In this document: positions 9,196 to 15,292 of the stretch, in pieces
Numbering within the stretch: the stretch's first letter is position 1
Layout: every line of letters begins with the position of its first letter
Source of the DNA: Candidatus Hodarchaeota archaeon
GTDB taxonomy: Archaea > Asgardarchaeota > Lokiarchaeia > Sigyniarchaeales > SOKP01
Direction of reading: 5' to 3'
Assembly: GCA_048886685.1 (NCBI GenBank)
Contig: JBHLKM010000034.1
Location: forward strand, 1 to 15,292
Length of the DNA: 15,292 bases
Program-made: the position numbers and the translations under genes
The notes under the pieces: model-generated
Told to the model about the DNA's origin: nothing
Databases searched by the model: none
What the model saw: only the letters and a program-made list of their open reading frames with translations

Positions 9196-9448
9196 TTAAA
9201 GTTTCCGTCATATACAGTAATAGAGGTCATAGGGGTTTATCTTTCTATTATTATTAAGTATAATTTAGGTGTTTTCTTAATAAGTATTTGAGTATCTTGT
9301 ATTTCAAATTTTCAAACCTATATTCTTTTCTTCATAGTTATTCTGAATTACCGAACATGATCTTCCAAAAATGTTAAAAATAATTCTAACAATTATATAC
9401 TTTAAGAGAAGACTTAAAGAAATCAAGATATCCAAGGTGGTGTAGAAA

Positions 9449-9673
9449 ATGAAAAAATGTGAATATTTTAACTGTAATAATAAAGCCACGAGAACTATCA
9501 AGCAGGGGAGTTATAAAATATACGTATGTAGTCGACACTATAAAAGAGATACAAGAAAAGGGAGTGATGAAGCGTTACATAAAGTTCTTAGATTTGATAC
9601 TATATCGACTATTATCTGTAGTGTCTGTACTATAATAATAACTGTAATAATATTACTTCTAGCAGTAGGATGA
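9449..9673 (+). CDS. Small putative zinc-finger protein with C-terminal membrane anchor
   Basis: SD AGGTGG upstream. C-x4-C (CEYFNC) ... C-x2-H (CSRH), then a hydrophobic C-terminal helix. Confidence 0.7.
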   Translation: MKKCEYFNCNNKATRTIKQGSYKIYVCSRHYKRDTRKGSDEALHKVLRFDTISTIICSVCTIIITVIILLLAVG

Positions 9674-9876
9674 TTAAGGAATTTAGGAATAAACTCACAA
9701 AGAAGTTAAGGAATAAAGAAAGCAATCCAATGTTTATCCCTAATTTTGATCCCCATAAAGATCATTTAGAGGATAATATTGATCCTTTTGATGAAGATGA
9801 AAAAGATAGAGAAGCATACGAGAGATTGAAGAGATACATAAATAAATTAGCTGCAGAACAGGAAAAAGGCAGCTAA
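9670..9876 (+). pseudogene. Duplicated C-terminal 67 aa of the HerA-like ATPase (could be translated through an ATGA overlap)
   Basis: IKEFRNKLTKKLRNKESNPMFIPNFD...AAEQEKGS matches the ATPase tail. The ATG overlaps the upstream TGA. Confidence 0.7.
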
Positions 9877-9973
9877 TTAAAATTTAGAGCTTAGTAGCTT
9901 CAATAAATCATTTAATGGATCTAGTCTTTTTCAATGGGTTTAAGATGTAAAAGAGAAATAAAAAAAAATTAAT

Positions 9974-11119
9974 TTACATTAATAGTTCTAAAAAAGATTT
10001 ATTTCCTATCTTGTGTTTTTCCGAAAATTTTTCATCTCTGACTTTTACTAACTTGATGGCATCATTAGGGCAATTAGCAGCACATACACCGCACCCGATA
10101 CAATATTCTTCATTTAAATACATATATTCATCCGATTTATCTGCTTTATTGGGATAATGGTGGTAAATCACGCCCATCGGACATTTTTTAAGACACAGAT
10201 CGCATTTTTTGCATAATTCATTATCATGTACTGGTTTGTAATTACTTGGAGTAGTACCCACTATTTTATGTTGTTTACCATTTATTAAGGCTCCACAGTG
10301 ACAACTACAACAATTGCACATAACTAAACCAGAATCAACGCTATTATCAGCCACAACCTGGTGGACGAGTCCCGCCTTTTCAGTTTTTTTAAGAAATTCA
10401 GTTGCTTCGTCTTTAGTCATCACTGGAGCTCCTTCTCTCATAGCTATTTCGGCAATAGGTCCAGCAACAAAACAGCCCAATTCTGATGGTGCAACTTTAC
10501 AAGGTTCACCTGTTAATTCTCCAATTAGTCTACATTGACAGGGAATACTCACAAAATGGTCATATTTATCGATAATCTCTTTAACCAACTCGTAAGAGAG
10601 TGTTTTTTGTTCAACATCAATAGATTTATCAATCTTTATCAGTTTATCACCAGCATCTAATGGAAGCCGTGGCCGGAATATTTTAAAATCAGTCTCTTGA
10701 TATAATGATGGTAAAAAATTCTTGAATAAAAATCGATAATGTTTTGCAGCCATTTTGAGATTTTCTTCCGTATCTTGTCGTCGAATATAATACTGTTCAA
10801 AGATCCCTGGTAAAAGCGGAAGCAGCGTGTACTTACTACCAACTTGAGTAATTGTTTTTTTTCTTAATGGTACTTTTAAAATTTCTTTTATTTCTTCTTT
10901 TGATTTACCGGTTCTTTGTACCAATTCTCTTAGAGCCGTTGGAGTATCACAGCTGTTAAATTGGGCTAGAATTTCAGATTCTTCTTCATTCCAGAATATT
11001 CGTAAAAGTTTATCGACTCTTGGGTGTTTAGGTGCAAATAATGGGCCTAATTTCATTTTTTGTCTAATTATTTCATAATTATCCATTTGAGATTCTAGAT
11101 CCATTTGAGATTCAGTCAT
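9974..11119 (-). CDS. 4Fe-4S dicluster (ferredoxin-domain) iron-sulfur protein
   Basis: CKKCDLCLKKCP and CIGCGVCAANCP ferredoxin motifs, plus CQCR..C..C and CNCCSCHC clusters. Possible N-terminal HTH-like segment. Confidence 0.93.
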   Translation of the reverse strand: MTESQMDLESQMDNYEIIRQKMKLGPLFAPKHPRVDKLLRIFWNEEESEILAQFNSCDTPTALRELVQRTGKSKEEIKEILKVPLRKKTITQVGSKYTLLPLLPGIFEQYYIRRQDTEENLKMAAKHYRFLFKNFLPSLYQETDFKIFRPRLPLDAGDKLIKIDKSIDVEQKTLSYELVKEIIDKYDHFVSIPCQCRLIGELTGEPCKVAPSELGCFVAGPIAEIAMREGAPVMTKDEATEFLKKTEKAGLVHQVVADNSVDSGLVMCNCCSCHCGALINGKQHKIVGTTPSNYKPVHDNELCKKCDLCLKKCPMGVIYHHYPNKADKSDEYMYLNEEYCIGCGVCAANCPNDAIKLVKVRDEKFSEKHKIGNKSFLELLM

Positions 11120-11259
11120 AATAATACGAACTTTTTGATTTTTATTTTTAATTAAATTCTATTTTTTTATTTAGATATTTCACCCAGAAATTTATGGATT
11201 AAGAAAGAAATTGACAAATAAGTATTTAAAATTTTTGACAAAATGTGATTTAGGAACTA

Positions 11260-11844
11260 CTAAATCATCAACCTTAGAGATGTTCTAAATCCAACAAGAA
11301 TCCAGAAGAAGAACCCTACTGCTACAAATGCCATGAATTTTAATTTAGAACGGAGTATGAATTTGTTAAAGAACATAAGATAGATTCCTATGATTATTAA
11401 CAGAAGCGAGATTAATGAGAGAAAATTGATTAAAAAAAACAAAGTTCTGGCCCAAATATTTAAGTTATGAACATTACTCAATGAGATAGAATCGATCTCC
11501 TCCATATAACCTAGCAATATTGCTGGTTCTGGTAATTTTTCGGACAATTGAAATAATGATTTTAAGAGATCTTCGGATAAGAAGGCAAACGCGAGAATAA
11601 AAGAAATTACCATTCCGGCGCGTCCTCTTTTTTTCACCAATTCCTCTTTTCCATGAACTTTTTCATCATATTCTATTTCTCTCGCATTTATCAGCAATAG
11701 GACACTCAAAATTAGAAAGAGGAAAAAGAACAAATAATTCGCATTCTTGAAGAGAACATAAAAAAACTTGTTAAATCCATTTAGGAAAGGGATTAAGGGT
11801 TCAAAAATTTCACTGAAATCGAATTCTGAGAAAAATTCTAACAT
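11260..11844 (-). CDS. Integral membrane hypothetical protein (~4 TM)
   Basis: Four long hydrophobic stretches separated by basic loops. The left arm of repeat copy B lies directly upstream. Confidence 0.8.
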   Translation of the reverse strand: MLEFFSEFDFSEIFEPLIPFLNGFNKFFYVLFKNANYLFFFLFLILSVLLLINAREIEYDEKVHGKEELVKKRGRAGMVISFILAFAFLSEDLLKSLFQLSEKLPEPAILLGYMEEIDSISLSNVHNLNIWARTLFFLINFLSLISLLLIIIGIYLMFFNKFILRSKLKFMAFVAVGFFFWILVGFRTSLRLMI

Positions 11845-11855
11845 ATTTAGTTAAG

Positions 11856-11997
11856 GTAATTGAGTCGATTGTTCTGATAATTTTGATTAGACCATATGAA
11901 TATCTGAGATTTGATATTTAAATTCAAAGTATTTTAATGAACATATCTTTTAAAGGTTCCTGAATGGTAAATTCAGAGTCTGATTTTATTGAAAATT
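11856..11997 (+). repeat. Dispersed intergenic element copy B (110-bp left arm + core 11966-11997)
   Basis: Gap-free match to 12950-13091 (about 18/142 mismatches by hand count). Core GGTAAATTCAGAGTCTGATTTTATTGAAAATT. Confidence 0.95.
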
Positions 11998-12160
11998 AAA
12001 TGTGGAGCTGGTCATCCTTTATCTGTCCATTCCTGAAAAATCAAACTTCAATTTAATTTTACACAAAAATGTCAAAAATTAAATACTAGAAAAAAGTAAC
12101 TTAAATTTGATATTCTATCTAACCCAATAATTTTATTTTTTCTATGAAATTGAATTTAAG

Positions 12161-12826
12161 GTGTCAAAGTTGAAAAATGTTAAAAAAATAATAATAGGTT
12201 TGTTTATTATATTCTTCCTCTCGTTTTTTAGTCACAATGCGATAAGCGCTACAACGATAGGAGATACAACCTTTCCAGCTGATGTCGGAATAACATATAC
12301 ATGGAAAGTTACTTATCCTCCTGAAACTAAAGGCTATAAAATTACTTTTAAATCTGAATCAATAGAGAAAGGCGTACATAATACTATAGATGCATTAATG
12401 GTAAATTGTACAATAAGACAATATCATCCTTTAACAGGATGGATTACCACATCGGACAATGAATTTTATATGGCTGCTAATAATACTCAAAATTATCTTT
12501 ACTTTGGCGATTATATGTTCTTCCCAAATATAATACCAATACCTATAAATCTAACATTAGTAGCTGAAGCTAGGTATGCTAGTAACTATTCTATTGTTGA
12601 TAATACAATTATTGAAAACTCTAACGGAGATACGGATGAATATACCTATAATACTGATGGTTTTTTAATTTCATACGTATCGAAAGAGGACGGAGAAATT
12701 GTTCTTAAGTTTGTCTTGACTACTGGTGATGGTGGAGCTGCAATTCCTTTTGATAATTATTTCTTAATTTTCATGGTCATCGGTGTTGTAGCATTGGTAT
12801 ATCTTAAAAAGCAGAAAATTAAATAA
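12161..12826 (+). CDS. Secreted/cell-surface protein with Loki-CTERM-like anchor (start may be TTG at 12170)
   Basis: N-terminal signal peptide KKIIIGLFIIFFLSFFSHNAISA. C-terminus GGAAIPFDNYFLIFMVIGVVALVYLKKQKIK. SD-like AGGTG lies 6 nt before TTG 12170; T-tract after the stop. Confidence 0.88.
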   Translation: MSKLKNVKKIIIGLFIIFFLSFFSHNAISATTIGDTTFPADVGITYTWKVTYPPETKGYKITFKSESIEKGVHNTIDALMVNCTIRQYHPLTGWITTSDNEFYMAANNTQNYLYFGDYMFFPNIIPIPINLTLVAEARYASNYSIVDNTIIENSNGDTDEYTYNTDGFLISYVSKEDGEIVLKFVLTTGDGGAAIPFDNYFLIFMVIGVVALVYLKKQKIK

Positions 12827-12949
12827 TTTTTTTTTATTTTTATTTTTTATAAATTTTTAAATGTATCTAAGAAATCTTTCATTCTAAGCAGAGTTTAGAA
12901 TTTTTTTGTGTCCTGATATAATACAATTCTTCTCACGAATTCGGAAGGT

Positions 12950-13159
12950 GTAATTGAATCGATTGTTCTGTTAATTTTGATTAGACCATAAGAATATCCG
13001 AGATTCGATATTTAAATTCAAAGGATTTTAATGAGAATAAATCTGAAAGATTCCCGAATGGTAAATTCAGCGTCTAATTTCAATGAAAATTCCTTTGAGA
13101 AAACGAAATTATAATACAAAAGGCTTTTAAGGAAATCCTTCTTCCTTATTTTTAAATCC
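12950..13159 (+). repeat. Dispersed intergenic element copy C (left arm + core 13060-13092 + right arm)
   Basis: Left arm shared with copy B, right arm shared with copy D. Core GGTAAATTCAGCGTCTAATTTCAATGAAAATTC. Confidence 0.95.
13116..13132 (+). promoter_or_regulatory. Candidate BRE/TATA promoter in the right arm of copy C
   Basis: ACAAAAGGCTTTTAAGG, ~50 nt upstream of ATG 13182; conserved in copy D. Confidence 0.5.
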
Positions 13160-13181
13160 GATTATTAATCAAGTAAGAAAA

Positions 13182-13349
13182 ATGTCCGATCCTCGTCCTA
13201 AAGAACTGATCCATGCCGAGGAGCTTATGTACAATGGGAAAATAGAGGAAGCACTTGAAATCATTTATAATTTCGAGAAAAACTTCAAACCAGTTACAAA
13301 ACAACACTTGTGGGCACTTCTGTCAAGAGGTTGGGCGAAAGAGACCTAG
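13182..13349 (+). pseudogene. 3'-truncated TPR-like gene (55 aa), cut at a direct repeat
   Basis: MSDPRPKELIHAEELMYNGKIEEALEIIYNFEKNFKPVTKQHLWALLSRGWAKET*. The A..L...G..EEAL pattern is TPR-like; the stop codon lies inside the 13336-13368 repeat. Confidence 0.65.
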
Positions 13350-13368
13350 TTCTCTGGTTTTAAAAGAA
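13336..13368 (+). repeat. 33-bp direct repeat, left copy
   Basis: CGAAAGAGACCTAGTTCTCTGGTTTtAAAAGAA; 32/33 identical to 13904-13936; internal AGAGA-cctagt-TCTCT dyad. Confidence 0.95.
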
Positions 13369-13490
13369 AACAACTATAATTATGAGTAAAAAATTAACAT
13401 TAATAACCAAAAGAAACTTAATTAATCATACAGATGTGATGTAATTATAAGGTTTGTATATTTAATTATCAATTTAATAAGGAGGCAAAT

Positions 13491-13871
13491 ATGAGTAAAG
13501 AACAATCAGATAGCGAGCTTATAGAGGAGACCATTGAACATTACTTCAAAGGGATGTACCATGGTGACGTGGAAAGGCTAAAAAAGGCATTTCATCCCGA
13601 GGCACATGTTATTGGACACTTTGATGGGAATTTCATCTTCAATTCGCTGGACCAATTCCTCGGTTTTATCAAGAGCGCCCCTGTTCCGGCTGAGAAGGGA
13701 GAGGAGTATGACATGAAGATCGTCTTAACCGATATAACAGGGGATGTCGGTTGCGTTAAGGTAGAGGACCTCTACCAGGGAAGGAGGTTTACAGACTACC
13801 TGACGGTTCTGAAACATGAAAACAACTGGGTTATTATAAACAAGGGATACCGCCACGAACCAAAATCCTAG
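13491..13871 (+). CDS. NTF2-like (SnoaL / putative lumazine-binding, Lumazine_bd_2-type) protein
   Basis: Signature YFKGMYHGDVERLKKAFHPEA ... FTDYLTVLK..NNWVIINK. Strong AGGAGG SD at 13480-13485. Confidence 0.93.
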   Translation: MSKEQSDSELIEETIEHYFKGMYHGDVERLKKAFHPEAHVIGHFDGNFIFNSLDQFLGFIKSAPVPAEKGEEYDMKIVLTDITGDVGCVKVEDLYQGRRFTDYLTVLKHENNWVIINKGYRHEPKS

Positions 13872-13903
13872 ATTATAGATTATTAAAATCGAAGACAATT
13901 TAA

Positions 13904-13936
13904 CGAAAGAGACCTAGTTCTCTGGTTTGAAAAGAA
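13904..13936 (+). repeat. 33-bp direct repeat, right copy
   Basis: CGAAAGAGACCTAGTTCTCTGGTTTgAAAAGAA, 568 bp from the left copy. Confidence 0.95.
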
Positions 13937-14025
13937 GATAAACTTCATGAAGATTTAGGAATTTGTATAAGACTCCCAGTTGATATTTTTTCTTGTTGAA
14001 ATTTCACATGATATCGGCAAGGAAA

Positions 14026-14140
14026 GGTAAATTCAGCGTCTGAGTTCAATGAAAATTCCTTTGAAAAGACAAAAAAATCTTAAATCTAAATTATGGCACA
14101 AAAGCCTTTTAAGGAAACTTATCTTCATAATTTTTAATCC
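14026..14140 (+). repeat. Dispersed intergenic element copy D (core 14026-14058 + right arm)
   Basis: Core GGTAAATTCAGCGTCTGAGTTCAATGAAAATTC. The right arm aligns with copy C apart from a ~16-bp insertion. Confidence 0.93.
14098..14114 (+). promoter_or_regulatory. Candidate BRE/TATA promoter in the right arm of copy D
   Basis: ACAAAAGCCTTTTAAGG, ~57 nt upstream of ATG 14171. Confidence 0.5.
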
Positions 14141-14170
14141 ATAAACTACAAATTTAATCTGTGTTGTTAC

Positions 14171-15190
14171 ATGAAAACTACTGTAATATCTGGCAGTTAT
14201 TATGAGATGGGATATAAGTTAGGTTCCCAATATAAAAATTTTTTTGAACCACCTCCTTGTCATCCAGAAAAACTAAAACTATCACACCAATGCAAAGGAA
14301 TTGTAAAACAGTACATCCCTGATCTACTTGAAGAGATTCGAGGATTTTGTGATGCTGGAAATTTTGATCTTGAGTCTATCGAAGCATTTCTGTTAGTTTT
14401 AGGATATGAGCTTCTTTCTCTTCCAGAGGAGGGTTGTACGGTTTTTGCTATTGGGAGTGAATTAACTGATTCTGGATATCCCATGTTTGCTCGAAATTAT
14501 GATTTTAACGTAAAAATCCAATCATCTTGTGGAATTACATTTAGATCCCCTTTAGGAAAATTGAAAAGTATAGCTTTTTCAGATCATATGATTGGAAATA
14601 TGGGAGGAATAAATGAATCTGGATTAGCAATTGCAATACTTTTAGCAGGGAATTATGATAGTAAGTGGCAACCAGGAATAAGGATGAACTTATCGACTAG
14701 ATGGATTATGGATAATTGTCGCAATACAAAAGAGGCAGTATCTTTTCTTGAAAAAATCCCTCATGTGAGAGGACAATTTTTTATGGTTATGGACAAGGAA
14801 GATAATATAGCCCGAGTGGAAACCTCACCCCCCCATGTGGCTGTTACATATGCTAAGAAGGATTATTTATTCAGTACGAATCATTATCAAGATGAATCCC
14901 TAAAGAAATATTCAAATCAATCTTTAATACATCCCAAAAGTTTAGAACGATTTAGTAAAGTCAAAAATTTCCTTGAAAAAAGGAGCAACAATTTAACTTT
15001 AAATAATATCATGGAATTCCTGAGCTCGCATGAAAAGGGAGTATGTAGTCATGTTGAGATAGATGGAAGAAATATTGCTACGTTATACTCATGGTTAGCT
15101 GAGATTCGTGAAAAAGGAGATGCTCTTCAAGCATGGGCAACAAGTGGCGCTCCCTGCAAAAATAAATATGAAATTTATACCTACTTTTAG
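14171..15190 (+). CDS. C45 family Ntn-hydrolase (acyl-CoA:6-APA acyltransferase-like autoproteolytic peptidase)
   Basis: GSYYEMGYKLG N-terminus, EEG|CT autoprocessing Cys, ARNYD, GGINESGLAI and TNHY motifs. Confidence 0.94.
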   Translation: MKTTVISGSYYEMGYKLGSQYKNFFEPPPCHPEKLKLSHQCKGIVKQYIPDLLEEIRGFCDAGNFDLESIEAFLLVLGYELLSLPEEGCTVFAIGSELTDSGYPMFARNYDFNVKIQSSCGITFRSPLGKLKSIAFSDHMIGNMGGINESGLAIAILLAGNYDSKWQPGIRMNLSTRWIMDNCRNTKEAVSFLEKIPHVRGQFFMVMDKEDNIARVETSPPHVAVTYAKKDYLFSTNHYQDESLKKYSNQSLIHPKSLERFSKVKNFLEKRSNNLTLNNIMEFLSSHEKGVCSHVEIDGRNIATLYSWLAEIREKGDALQAWATSGAPCKNKYEIYTYF

Positions 15191-15292
15191 TATTAAAAAT
15201 AGTTTTATTCCTCAAATTTATACTTTTATTATAAATATTTTTGTTTGGTTTCGATTTTTCGCTCATTTGCATTTTCCTCCGCGCTCAAAACA

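Larger units (their letters stand above)
8992..9876 (+). repeat. 204-bp diverged direct repeat (8992-9195 / 9673-9876) duplicating the ATPase 3' end
   Basis: Gap-free alignment at offset 681; about 27/204 mismatches by hand count, both synonymous and non-synonymous. Confidence 0.95.

Noticed and set aside
8992-9876. Diversity-generating retroelement TR/VR pair (also considered for 5332-5513 vs 7035-7216)
   Set aside because: Mismatches are not adenine-specific in either direction (many T/C and G/T changes, often synonymous), and no reverse transcriptase is in the window.
339-10842. Shadow ORFs in the track (339-650, 1811-1996, 1990-2175, 2132-2350, 2827-3009, 3483-3686, 4270-4515, 5306-5509, 5944-6249, 5972-6154, 8745-9230, 9304-9501, 10314-10538, 10657-10842; also 14260-14484)
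   Set aside because: They are antisense or alternate-frame overlaps of better-supported genes, with no recognisable motifs.
11804-11829. Possible inverted degenerate core copy at the start of the 194-aa gene; weaker core-like bits at ~7311-7338 and ~9342-9352
   Set aside because: Only partial matches in very AT-rich sequence, one of them inside coding sequence; cannot be told from chance by eye.
11989-12036. KIKCGAGHPLSVHS* micro-frame directly after core B (zinc-ribbon-like CxxGH remnant)
   Set aside because: Too short to support homology.
13937-14025. Transposase remnant between the right direct repeat and core D (- strand frames such as RKNINWESY)
   Set aside because: Under 30 codons, with no catalytic motif; the similarity is only impressionistic.
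11966-14058. CRISPR array from the 33-bp repeats
   Set aside because: Spacings are 568-1094 bp and contain whole genes. There are no regular 30-40 bp spacers and no cas genes.
5539-14058. Classical integron attC sites, archaeal dif sites, SECIS or C/D-box sRNA as the identity of the core
   Set aside because: No RYYYAAC/GTTRRRY ends and no 11-6-11 dif pattern. No convincing SECIS stem or in-frame UGA selenoprotein. CTGA precedes ATGA, the wrong order for a C/D sRNA.
15078-15292. Minus-strand ORF at the window end (MQMSEKSKPN..., or a partial 3' end VLSAEENANERKIETKQKYL* stopping at 15229)
   Set aside because: There are two competing frames, one overlapping the C45 gene; this cannot be resolved without flanking sequence.
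1-15292. tRNA, rRNA, integrase or transposase genes
   Set aside because: No cloverleaf or GC-rich structured RNA and no recombinase or DDE motifs were seen.

Overview
AT-rich archaeal DNA, most likely Asgard/Lokiarchaeia. This is inferred from the group II chaperonin, two proteins with Loki-CTERM-like sorting tails and a Loki-type TPR N-terminus. A conserved thermosome gene (1085-2773) sits in a variable region of unrelated single genes: two predicted surface proteins, an HSL-family esterase, a membrane-anchored HerA/VirB4-like ATPase, a 4Fe-4S protein, an NTF2-like protein, a C45 Ntn-hydrolase and several small or membrane hypotheticals. The most unusual signal is non-coding. (i) A 33-bp site, consensus GGTAAATTCAGmGTCTGATTTCAATGAAAATTC, occurs 4 times in the same orientation (5539, 11966, 13060, 14026). 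The last three copies delimit ~1-kb co-oriented gene units, with shared left and right arms exchanged at the core. (ii) A second, unrelated 33-bp direct repeat brackets only the NTF2 gene and truncates a TPR gene at its first copy. (iii) Two diverged partial gene duplications (~81% and ~87% nt identity by hand count) each bracket one cargo gene. (iv) Five 5'-truncated gene remnants all lie on the + strand. Together these suggest a gene-capture/cassette-accretion hotspot. No integrase, transposase or reverse transcriptase is present in the window, and strain-chimeric assembly cannot be excluded from the sequence alone. No tRNA, rRNA or CRISPR array was seen.
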